From contig JBGAQA010000009.1 of the NCBI GenBank assembly GCA_044220955.1, positions 89,422-103,123 of the forward strand: a stretch of DNA of 13,702 nt, given 5' to 3'. How positions within the stretch are numbered: the stretch's first letter is position 1; each line of letters begins with the position of its first letter. A program made the position numbers and the translations under genes. The notes below the pieces were generated by a model. That model was not told the DNA's origin, ran no database searches, and saw only the letters and a program-made list of their open reading frames with translations. Source of the stretch: Sandaracinaceae bacterium. GTDB taxonomy: Bacteria; Myxococcota_A; Polyangia; Polyangiales; Sandaracinaceae. Of this stretch, positions 6,801 through 13,702 are shown in pieces.

Positions 6801-9309
6801 CGACCACTGCCAGATGGGCTGGCACGACCTCGACGGCGTGCTGACCAACGGCTGCGAGTACGCCTGCCCGCCCTCGGGCGACGAGCTCTGCGACCACATC
6901 GACAACAACTGTGACGGGCGCATCGACGAGGGCATCGACCTCACGATGAGCCTCGCGAACTGCGGCAGCTGCGGCAACCTCTGCAGCTTCCCGGGAGCGA
7001 ACGCGGCCTGCGTGTCGAGCACCTGCGTCGTGGCGAGCTGCCGCGCCGGGTTCGTGGACGTGAACTCCGACCCGACGGACGGCTGCGAGTATCGCTGCAC
7101 GGCGACCTCCGCGACCGAGACGTGCAACGGCGTCGACGACAACTGCGACGGGACGATCGACGAGACCTTCGACACGATGGGCGACCCGATGAACTGCGGG
7201 ACCTGCGGCACGATCTGCAGCTTCCCTCACGCGACGCCGCGCTGTGGCCTCGGCGTTTGCACGTTCGGTCCGGGGGACTGTGCTCCCGGCTTTCACGACG
7301 TGGACGGCGACCCGCTCGACGGCTGCGAGTACAGCTGCACGCCGAGCGCCGCGCCCGACACGTGCGACGGCATCGACCAGGACTGCGATGGCCGCGTCGA
7401 CGAGGCCGACCCGATGGTCGGCGGGACGTGCGGCGCGGCCGTCGGCGCGTGCCGCACCGGCACCACGGTCTGCGTGCTCGGCGCGCTCGGGTGCAGCGGC
7501 GACATCGGCCCCACCGCCGAGACGTGCAACGGGATCGACGACGACTGCGACGGCACGACGGACGAGTCGAGCGCGGCCTCGCCGATCCCCGGCGTCGGCG
7601 ACCGCTGCGGCCCGAGCAACGTCGGTCGCTGCGCGTACGGCCAGGTCGTGTGCACGACCGGCGCCCTGACGTGCGGCGGCACGCTGGTCGGTCCGATCGC
7701 CGAGACGTGCAACGGCGTCGACGACGACTGTAACGGTGCGGTGGACGACGGGCTGACGACGCCTTCGCCGGCCTCCGTCCCGACGTGCGTCGAGGTGCGC
7801 GGCGTCTGCGCCGGGCGCGTCCCGACGTGCCGTGGTGCGAGCGGCTGGGCGTGCGATCTGCCGGCCACCTACCAGGCGGTCGAGACGCTCTGCGACACGC
7901 TCAACAACGACTGCGATGCGTCGGCCGACGAGAACTGCATCGCGCCCACCGGCACCGACCTGCGCCTCGACACGATGGACGCGCAGAGCCTCACGAACTC
8001 GCTCGACCCGAGCATCCTCGGCTCGGGGAGCGGCGCGACGACGCGCCTGCACGTCGCGTGGCGCGATCTGAGCGGCGGTACGGTGCCGCACGTGTACACG
8101 ATCCGCAGCCTCGACGCGGGCGGGACGTTCCCGGGCGCTCCGAGCCGCGTCGACACGGCGGGCGGCGCGGTCTTCGCGCCCAGGATGGTGCTCCCCGGCG
8201 CGACCGGCGTCGTGTGGGGCTGGCCGGACTTCCGCGGCGGCACCGGGTACCGGGAGTCGTACTCTCGCCGCTCGGCCGACTCGGGGGCCACGCTCGCGGC
8301 CGAGGTGAAGATCAACGCGCTCGGCGGCACCGCGACGCAGGACTCGTACGACCTCGCGCTCGCGAGCTCGGGGACGAACGTCTACGCGACCTACAACACG
8401 TTCACGGGCACCCGGCAGCGTCACGTCTTCGTCGCGCGCTCGACGGACTCCGGCGCGACGTGGAGCACGCCGCTGCAGCTCTCGACGCCCGCCGGCGCGA
8501 CCTTCGTCGCCGCCGAGCCGCGCGTCGCCGCCGCCGGCAGCAACGTGTTCGTGACGTGGCGCGACAACCGCTCGGGATCGCTGGACGTGTACGTGCGCGT
8601 CTCGACCGACGCGGGGGCGACGTTCGGAGCCGAGACCCGCATGGACCTCGGCACGCCCGCTGGCGCGTCGTCGAGCTTCTCGCCCGCCGTCGCGGCGAGC
8701 GGCACCGGCGCGTGGGTCGTGTGGATCGACGATCGCGACACGGGCTCGTTCGACGTCTGGATGAACCGCACGACGAACGCCGGCGCGAGCTGGCTCGCGG
8801 GCGCCGTGCAGCTCGACCAGGACCCGCTCCATCACGACTCGATCGAGCCGCACGTGATCTCGCCCGCGGCGGGCACCGTGATCGTCAGCTGGCTCGACTA
8901 CCGCTTCGGCCAGCCCGACCCCTACAGCGTGCTCTCGACCGACTCGGGCGCGACCTTCGCGGCGCCCATCCGGCTCGACACCGGCACGACGCCCGGCGCC
9001 TCGGCGAGCCACGACCTCGACATCGCCGCGAGCGGCACGCTGGTCGCGGCGGTGTGGGCCGACTCGCGCAGCGGCCTCACGGACGTGTACGCGAACTTCT
9101 CGCTCGACCAGGGCGTGACCTGGCAGCCGCAGGACTACCGGCTCGACTCGGGCGCGGCGGGCAGCGCCGACTCCGAGACCCCGCGCGTCTGGGCGACGAC
9201 CGGCGCGTTCCACACGGTCTGGGTCGATCACCGCCGCGGTGCCTCGTGCCCGTACGCGGGCACGACCAGCTGTCCGAACGGCGACATCTACTACCGCCGC
9301 GTGCAGTGA
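3852..9309 (+). CDS. Large Cys-rich surface (poly)protein: signal peptide, DUF4114-like domain, MopE-type repeats, internal MYXO-CTERM-like tag plus internal lipobox, more MopE-type repeats, BNR/Asp-box beta-propeller. Apparent frameshift at ~3921-3925; the track's ORF is 3964..9309
   Basis: 1781-aa ORF 3964..9309. The FGFEDLYRGGDNDFEDMLV motif matches DUF4114 as I recall it. There are 14 E-x-C-[ND]-x-x-D-x-[DN]-C-[DN]-G-x-x-D-[ED]-type motifs and 7 S-x-D-x-G-x-T-[WF]-type Asp-boxes. The signal peptide MTFPRPRSSLASLLLLLVVTLVA starts at ATG 3852 in another frame and joins DARA|YIDQADGTVVPQ in the main frame. Confidence 0.85.
4651..5418 (+). repeat. Tandem 144-bp (48-aa) MopE-type Cys-rich repeats, 5 full units plus a partial sixth
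   Basis: The E-x-C-[ND] motif starts at 4651, 4795, 4939, 5083, 5227 and 5371 (exact 144-nt period). Consensus ExCNxxDDxCDGxxDEGLxRACSSxCGSGTExCxAGxYxGCTAPxPxx. Confidence 0.9.
5692..6300 (+). repeat. About 9 short four-Cys repeats (D-P-C-x-x-V-x-C-x-x-G-x-x-C-x-x-G-x-C type)
   Basis: Examples in the translation: DPCDGVMCPTGQVCLGGGC, DPCASVTCAAGQYCDDGAC, DPCASIRCPSGLTCREGAC. Confidence 0.75.
6337..6516 (+). other. Internal MYXO-CTERM-like sorting tag directly followed by a lipoprotein (SPase II) signal peptide
   Basis: LAAGGGLI-C(6361)-SASAGGPGSGAA-GVLGLVLALAGLLA-RRSRRLRASR-LALAALAASLGAGG-C(6514)-TVEPYC, all in one open frame. Confidence 0.75.
6652..7356 (+). repeat. Three 77-80-aa Cys-rich repeats (MopE-type motif + NCGxCGxxC + GCEYxC)
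   Basis: Units start at 6652, 6883 and 7117, with the next MopE-type motif at 7357. Each unit contains NCGxCGxxC ... G[WF]xDxxxxxx[ND]GCEYxC. Confidence 0.85.
8104..9123 (+). repeat. Seven BNR/Asp-box repeats (beta-propeller blades)
   Basis: SLDAGGTF (8107), SADSGATL (8272), STDSGATW (8440), STDAGATF (8602), TTNAGASW (8770), STDSGATF (8935), SLDQGVTW (9100). Spacing is 162-168 nt. Confidence 0.85.
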
Positions 9310-9329
9310 GCGGCGGATCGCGCTGACGC

Positions 9330-10223
9330 ATGCCCGAGCTCCCCGACCTCACGGTGTACGTCGAGGCGCTCGAGCGCCGGATCCTCGATCAGCCGATCCA
9401 GAAGATCCGCCTCGCGAGCCCCTTCGTGCTCCGCTCGGTCGAGCCGGGGGTCGCCGAGGTCGTGGGCAAGCGCGTGCGGGGGATCGAGCGGCTCGGCAAG
9501 CGGCTCGTCTTCGTCCTCGACGACGACCTCTTCGCCGTCGTCCACCTGATGGTCGCGGGGCGCTTCCAGTGGAAGGACGGGCCGGGCGCGAAGGTGCCCG
9601 GCAAGGTGGGCCTGCTCGCGATCGACTTCCCGAGCGGGACGCTCCTCTTGACGGAGGCGAGCACGAAGAAGCGCGCGAGCCTGCACCTCGCGCGCGGGCG
9701 CGCCTCGCTCGAGGCCTTCGCGCGCGGTGGGCTCGAGCCGCTGGGGTCGAGCTTCGTGGCGTTCGCCGAGGCGCTCCGGCGCGAGCGCCACACCCTCAAG
9801 CGCGCGCTCACCGACCCGCGTCTGTTCGCCGGCATCGGGAACGCCTACTCGGACGAGATCCTGCACCGCGCGAGGATGTCGCCCGTGACGCGGACCGACC
9901 GGCTCGACGACGCCGCGATCGCGACGCTGCACGGCGCGACGCTCGAGGTACTGGGCGAGTGGACCGCGCGGCTGCGCGCCGAGGCGGGGCCCGCGTTCCC
10001 GGCGAAGGTCACGGCGTTCCGCGCGGAGATGGCCGTGCACGGCAAGTTCGGTCAGCCCTGCCCGGTCTGCGGGACGAAGGTGCAGCGGATCGTGTACGCG
10101 GAGAACGAGTCGAACTACTGCCCGCGCTGTCAGACGGACGGCAAGCTCCTGGCCGATCGCTCGCTCTCGCGCCTGCTCAAGGAGAACTGGCCGCGCACGA
10201 TCGAGGAGCTCGAGGGGCGATGA
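9330..10223 (+). CDS. mutM: Fpg/Nei family DNA glycosylase/AP lyase (MutM-like)
   Basis: N-terminal MPELPD (catalytic Pro2/Glu3), GKRL, HLMVAG, H2TH motif FAGIGNAYSDEIL, and C-terminal zinc finger CPVC...CPRCQ. It may be a paralogous subfamily rather than the true mutM ortholog. Confidence 0.93.
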   Translation: MPELPDLTVYVEALERRILDQPIQKIRLASPFVLRSVEPGVAEVVGKRVRGIERLGKRLVFVLDDDLFAVVHLMVAGRFQWKDGPGAKVPGKVGLLAIDFPSGTLLLTEASTKKRASLHLARGRASLEAFARGGLEPLGSSFVAFAEALRRERHTLKRALTDPRLFAGIGNAYSDEILHRARMSPVTRTDRLDDAAIATLHGATLEVLGEWTARLRAEAGPAFPAKVTAFRAEMAVHGKFGQPCPVCGTKVQRIVYAENESNYCPRCQTDGKLLADRSLSRLLKENWPRTIEELEGR

Positions 10224-11134
10224 GCGCCGACGTCCTGGTGCCCGCTGCGCTGCGGGTCTTCGCCGCGGTCGCCGAGCAGGGCGGCGTGACGGCCGCGGCG
10301 CGCTCGCTCGGTCTGAGCCAGCCGGCCGTGACCGCGGCGATCCACAAGCTCGAGGCCGAGCTCGAGACGACGCTCCTCGTGCGCACGAGCCGCGGCGTGA
10401 CGCTCACGGTGACGGGTCGGGCGCTGCTCGAGCACGCGCGCCGGCTGGAGCGGGCGGCGACCGAGACGCGGCGCGAGATCGGCGGCCTCGAGAGCGAGCC
10501 GCGCGGGCGCTTCACGATCGGGTGCCACGAGAGCCTCGGGGCGTACTTCCTGCCGCCTCTCTTCGCCCACTTCTTCGCCGAGCACCCGGGCATCGACCTC
10601 GTGCTGAGCAACGCCAACTCGCGCGACGTCGAGCGCGCGGTGATCGAGCGCCGCGTGGACTTCGGCATCGTCGTGAACCCCGAGCGGCACCCGGAGAGCG
10701 TCGTGACGCCGCTCTTCGTCGATCGCGTGGCGGTCGTGGCGCACGCTCACCTCTTGCGCGGCAAGCTCGGCGCCGCCCAGCGGATCTCCGAGCACGCGCT
10801 CGTACACGTGCCGGCGCTGCGCCAGACGCAGTTCATCCTCGGCGCGCTCGAGCAGGCGGGCATCACCCCGAAGCGCGTCGTGCCCTGCGCGAGCCTCGAG
10901 CTCGTGAAGAGCCTCGTGCTCGACCGCGCGGGCCTGGGGATCTTGCCGCTCCGCGTGGCGCGCTACCACACGCCCAAGGACACGGTCCGCGTCGTCTCGC
11001 GCGAGCTGCCCGGCTTCGACGACACCATCTCGCTCGTGCGGCGCGTGGACCTGCACGTGACGGCCGCCGCGCGCCTCGTGCTCGACGCGTTCGCGGCACG
11101 CGGGAAGGCGCTGACGCGCCATCAGAACGATTGA
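10220..11134 (+). CDS. LysR-type transcriptional regulator
   Basis: 3' part of ORF 9239..11134. ATG 10220 overlaps the fpg stop (ATGA). HTH: LRVFAAVAEQGGVTAAARSLGLSQPAVTAAIHKLEAELETTLLVRTSRGVTLTVTG, followed by a substrate-binding domain (FTIGCHES...HPGIDL...VDFGIV...GLGILP). 304 aa. Confidence 0.95.
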   Translation: MSADVLVPAALRVFAAVAEQGGVTAAARSLGLSQPAVTAAIHKLEAELETTLLVRTSRGVTLTVTGRALLEHARRLERAATETRREIGGLESEPRGRFTIGCHESLGAYFLPPLFAHFFAEHPGIDLVLSNANSRDVERAVIERRVDFGIVVNPERHPESVVTPLFVDRVAVVAHAHLLRGKLGAAQRISEHALVHVPALRQTQFILGALEQAGITPKRVVPCASLELVKSLVLDRAGLGILPLRVARYHTPKDTVRVVSRELPGFDDTISLVRRVDLHVTAAARLVLDAFAARGKALTRHQND

Positions 11135-11157
11135 TGGTGCTGATACGAACGTTCGAT
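11119..11157. promoter_or_regulatory. Two tandem LysR-type T-N11-A boxes upstream of the WD40-like lipoprotein gene
   Basis: Perfect dyad CCATCA-N7-TGATGG (11119-11137; T11122-N11-A11134) and a weaker ATA-N9-GAT (11143-11157; T11144-N11-A11156), 22 nt apart, in a locally AT-richer patch. Confidence 0.65.
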
Positions 11158-11192
11158 TGTGCGGATGGATGGCGCGCGTGCACGATGGCCTC

Positions 11193-12302
11193 ATGCACAC
11201 ACGAACGACGCTCCTCTTCGCGGTCCTGGGCACCCTGACCTCCGGCGGCTCGCTCGGCTGCACGGCCTCGCACGCGCTGCCCGAGCCCGAGCCCGACCTG
11301 CACGCCGTCGTCCGGCCTCACGGCACCGCGCCCGTGGCCGCCGTCGTCGACCTCGACTCCTGCTTCGGCGGCGGCGGCGCCCTGCTCGAGCTCGGCGCGG
11401 TGAACAACGACGACCAGGCCGACCACGGCTCGCTCCTCACGTTCGGCATCTCACCCTCGGGCGTCGTCGCCGCGGCGGGCGAGGACGGCACGCTGAAGTT
11501 CTGGACGATGGACGCCACGCTCGTCGGCGAGGCCGACCCGGGCGTGCTGACGTACGGCCCCGAGCTCGGCGGCGCGCCCATCACCGACCTCGCGTTCACC
11601 GAGGACCACGCGATCGCGGGCGACGTGCGGGGCCTCGTCCAGCGCCTCGGGGCCGAGGGCACGGCCGATGTGCTCGGAGGGACGATGCCCGACGTCCCGA
11701 TCGCGTCCGTCGCGTTCGACCGCGCGGCGCAGCGTCTCGCGCACGCGCAGGGGGACAGCGCGATGCCCGACGTGGCGCGGCTGGTCGTGGGCACGCTCGA
11801 CGGCGCGCAGTACGTCACGCTGAGCGACACGCTCGCCTCGATCACCGACCTCGCGTTCACGCCGGAGGGCGTGCTCGTGATCGGCGGCACCGAGGGCGCG
11901 CGCGCGGCCCTCGAGCTGCGCGACGGCGCCGATCCCACGCGGATCGTCGCGCGCCTCGACGTGGGCGACGACGCGAGGGTGGTGGAGGTCGCCGCGGCGC
12001 GGGAGGGCGCGGCGATCGTGGTGGCGACGACGAACCACCTCTACGCGATCGACGGCGAGCGCGTGAGGCTGCTGGGGTCGAGCGACGTGGCGCTCCGCAG
12101 CGTGGACCTCACGCCGAGCGGAGATCACGCGTTCACGGTCGACGCGAGCGGCACGCTGATCGTGCGATCGACGGCGGACGGTGTCGAGCTCGCGCGCACG
12201 AGCATCACGACCGGGTTCGGCGTGCGGATCGACGCGACGGGCCAGCGCATCGTGGTCGGGGCGACCGACGCGATGCTGCACGTGCTCGCCTGTTCGCGCT
12301 GA
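11193..12302 (+). CDS. WD40-like beta-propeller lipoprotein
   Basis: Within ORF 11157..12302. Best start is ATG 11193: MHTRTTLLFAVLGTLTSGGSLG|C (Cys at 11259). WD-like blades: AAAGEDGTLKFWTM, ITDLAFT (twice), LRSVDLTPSG, VVGATDAMLHVL. 369 aa. Confidence 0.8.
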   Translation: MHTRTTLLFAVLGTLTSGGSLGCTASHALPEPEPDLHAVVRPHGTAPVAAVVDLDSCFGGGGALLELGAVNNDDQADHGSLLTFGISPSGVVAAAGEDGTLKFWTMDATLVGEADPGVLTYGPELGGAPITDLAFTEDHAIAGDVRGLVQRLGAEGTADVLGGTMPDVPIASVAFDRAAQRLAHAQGDSAMPDVARLVVGTLDGAQYVTLSDTLASITDLAFTPEGVLVIGGTEGARAALELRDGADPTRIVARLDVGDDARVVEVAAAREGAAIVVATTNHLYAIDGERVRLLGSSDVALRSVDLTPSGDHAFTVDASGTLIVRSTADGVELARTSITTGFGVRIDATGQRIVVGATDAMLHVLACSR

Positions 12303-12328
12303 GTCTCGCTCTCGTTCACGCTCCGTTC

Positions 12329-13015
12329 GTGCTCCCCATCCTGCACCGAGAGCCCGGGCTCGTCGTCGTCGACAAGCCCTCCGGGCTCTCGGTGCATCGC
12401 GGCTGGGACGCCTCGCACGACGTGGTGATGACCCGCGTGCGCGACCAGCTCGGGCAGTGGGTGTACCCGGTGCATCGGCTCGATCGCGGCACGAGCGGCT
12501 GCCTGGCCCTCGCGCTCGACCAGGACGCCGCCCGCGAGCTCGGCGCATCGTTCGCCGAGGGCCGCGCGCGCAAGAGCTACGTCGCGCTGGTCCGGGGCGC
12601 GCTGAAGGACGAGCGCGGCACCATCGATCATCCCGTGCCGCGATCCGAGGACGGCCCGCGGGTCGAGGCGCTCACGGAGTTCGTGCGGCTCGCGCTGCTC
12701 GATGGCGCGACGCTCGTCCTGGCGCGGCCTCGCACGGGGCGGCTGCACCAGATCCGACGCCACTTCCGCCACCTCGGTCACCCGCTCCTGGGCGACACGA
12801 CCTGGGGCGACAACAAGGCCAACAAGAGGCTGCGCGACCCGGTGGGCCTGCGCCGCCTCGCGCTCCACGCCCTCACCCTGAGCCTGCCCTTCCGTGGACA
12901 CGACGTCCACGCGTCGGCCCCGCTGCCCGACGATCTGTCGCTGCCCCTGGCGCGGCTCGGCCTCGAACGTGATGCGCTCGAGGCCCTGCTGGCCGCTCAC
13001 TGGCCAGCCGCGTAG
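12329..13015 (+). CDS. truC: RluA-family pseudouridine synthase, TruC-like (tRNA pseudouridine-65)
   Basis: 3' part of ORF 11159..13015, from GTG 12329: MLPILHREPGLVVVDKPSGLSVHRGW...VMTRVRDQLGQWVYPVHRLDRGTSG (catalytic HRLD), YVALVRG, PRTGRLHQIRRH, GHPLLGD, LALHA. It has no S4 domain, and its N-terminus resembles E. coli TruC as I recall it. 228 aa. Confidence 0.88.
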   Translation: MLPILHREPGLVVVDKPSGLSVHRGWDASHDVVMTRVRDQLGQWVYPVHRLDRGTSGCLALALDQDAARELGASFAEGRARKSYVALVRGALKDERGTIDHPVPRSEDGPRVEALTEFVRLALLDGATLVLARPRTGRLHQIRRHFRHLGHPLLGDTTWGDNKANKRLRDPVGLRRLALHALTLSLPFRGHDVHASAPLPDDLSLPLARLGLERDALEALLAAHWPAA

Positions 13016-13017
13016 CC

Positions 13018-13040
13018 GGCTGGCGACGAGGCCGCCAGCC
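13018..13040. terminator. GC-rich hairpin between convergent genes (possible terminator or 3' stabiliser)
   Basis: GGCTGGCG-ACGAGGC-CGCCAGCC: perfect 8-bp stem with a 7-nt loop, between stops at 13015 (+) and 13050 (-). No U-tract on either strand. Confidence 0.4.
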
Positions 13041-13049
13041 CATCGGTCG

Positions 13050-13292
13050 TCAGGCGAGGCGCGGCGCCCAGGTCTCGAACGCGAACGCCATCTCCGACAG
13101 CGCGCGCACGTCCCGTGCGGACGCGACGTCGGTGACCACGGGCCGACCCTTCTGGATCCACCAGCGCCCGATCGGCCCGGAAATCGACGGGATGTGCTTG
13201 CCCCAGGCGTCCACGGCCCCGTTGTCTCGTGCGAGCGCTCCGAGCGCGTCGAACTGACCCTGACTCTCCTCGACGAACTTCGTGGTCTGCAT
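13050..13292 (-). CDS. Small hypothetical protein (80 aa)
   Basis: ATG 13292 within ORF 13050..13304: MQTTKFVEESQGQFDAL...FETWAPRLA. High GC at third positions, balanced composition, and it fills the gap between neighbours without overlap. Confidence 0.65.
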   Translation of the reverse strand: MQTTKFVEESQGQFDALGALARDNGAVDAWGKHIPSISGPIGRWWIQKGRPVVTDVASARDVRALSEMAFAFETWAPRLA

Positions 13293-13384
13293 GTCCCCGT
13301 TCAAGCACGCGGCGGGCCAGCCGTGGAGCGGGTGGGGTCCGACGCCTCACGTCCGTCGGGCCAGCGGTCTGGTAACATCACCCC

Positions 13385-13702
13385 GTGGATCTGCTGCGCG
13401 CGCTCCTCGTGTCGCTCCTCGGTGCCGCGATCGCCGGTGTCGCCCTCGCGCAGGGCGTCACCTGGCAGCTCGTGTCCGGCGACGAGTACCGCTTCGACGC
13501 GCCCGGCGACTGGCAGCGCTTCGCGGCGGCCGAGTCGGACGAGGTGCCCGTGGTGCTCGCGGGGGAGCGTCACTCGAGCGGCCGGCGTCAGAACGTCCAG
13601 CTCTCGGTGGCGACCGAGCCCGTGCGGCCGACGATCTGGCGAGAGGTGATCGCGGCAGAGACGGCGCAGGCGCAGAGCGAGGGCACCCTGCTCTCGAGCC
13701 GC
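13385..13702 (+). CDS. Secreted hypothetical protein (partial; runs off the window; not in the ORF track)
   Basis: Hand translation from GTG 13385: MDLLRALLVSLLGAAIAGVALA|QGVTWQLVSGDEYRFDAPGDWQRF...EGTLLSSR. A-L-A SPase I site, open to the window end, preceded by TGG-TAACAT 6 nt upstream. Confidence 0.8.
   Translation, partial: MDLLRALLVSLLGAAIAGVALAQGVTWQLVSGDEYRFDAPGDWQRFAAAESDEVPVVLAGERHSSGRRQNVQLSVATEPVRPTIWREVIAAETAQAQSEGTLLSSR

Noticed and set aside
6487..9231. 914-aa minus-strand ORF and other antisense ORFs over the giant gene
   Set aside because: Same shadow effect; no recognisable domains.
9239..10219. N-terminal extension making LysR a 631-aa fusion
   Set aside because: Off-frame overlap of fpg. 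The HTH begins right after ATG 10220.
11146..11155. CGAACGTTCG palindrome resembling a Gram-positive LexA box
   Set aside because: That box needs a 4-nt spacer (GAAC-N4-GTTC) and here there is none. It lies inside the second T-N11-A box.
11159..12328. N-terminal extension making the pseudouridine synthase 618 aa
   Set aside because: Off-frame overlap of the WD40-like gene. Family similarity begins at GTG 12329.

Overview
Very GC-rich window whose protein features (Cys-rich surface proteins, 'DAG' linkers, TPR/PEGA-like protein, MYXO-CTERM-like tag) suggest a myxobacterium (inference). The left two thirds is a cell-surface locus. A minus-strand pair (TPR/PEGA-like membrane protein, then a lipoprotein running off the window) sits back-to-back with an 894-aa lipoprotein carrying about 12 D-x-x-G-x-D-x-Y repeats and a ~1,820-aa Cys-rich protein. 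The large protein looks like a polyprotein. Module A (signal peptide, DUF4114-like head, MopE-type and small Cys repeats, MYXO-CTERM-like tag) continues without a stop into an internal lipoprotein signal peptide and module B (MopE-type repeats, seven Asp-box propeller). Its N-terminal signal peptide is out of frame (frameshift near 3921-3925). The right third holds an Fpg/Nei glycosylase, a LysR regulator with two T-N11-A boxes at its 3' end, a WD40-like lipoprotein, a TruC-like pseudouridine synthase, a small minus-strand ORF and a partial secreted protein. Several starts have a -10-like hexamer 6-7 nt upstream and no Shine-Dalgarno, suggesting leaderless mRNAs. I saw no RNA genes, CRISPR arrays or mobile elements.
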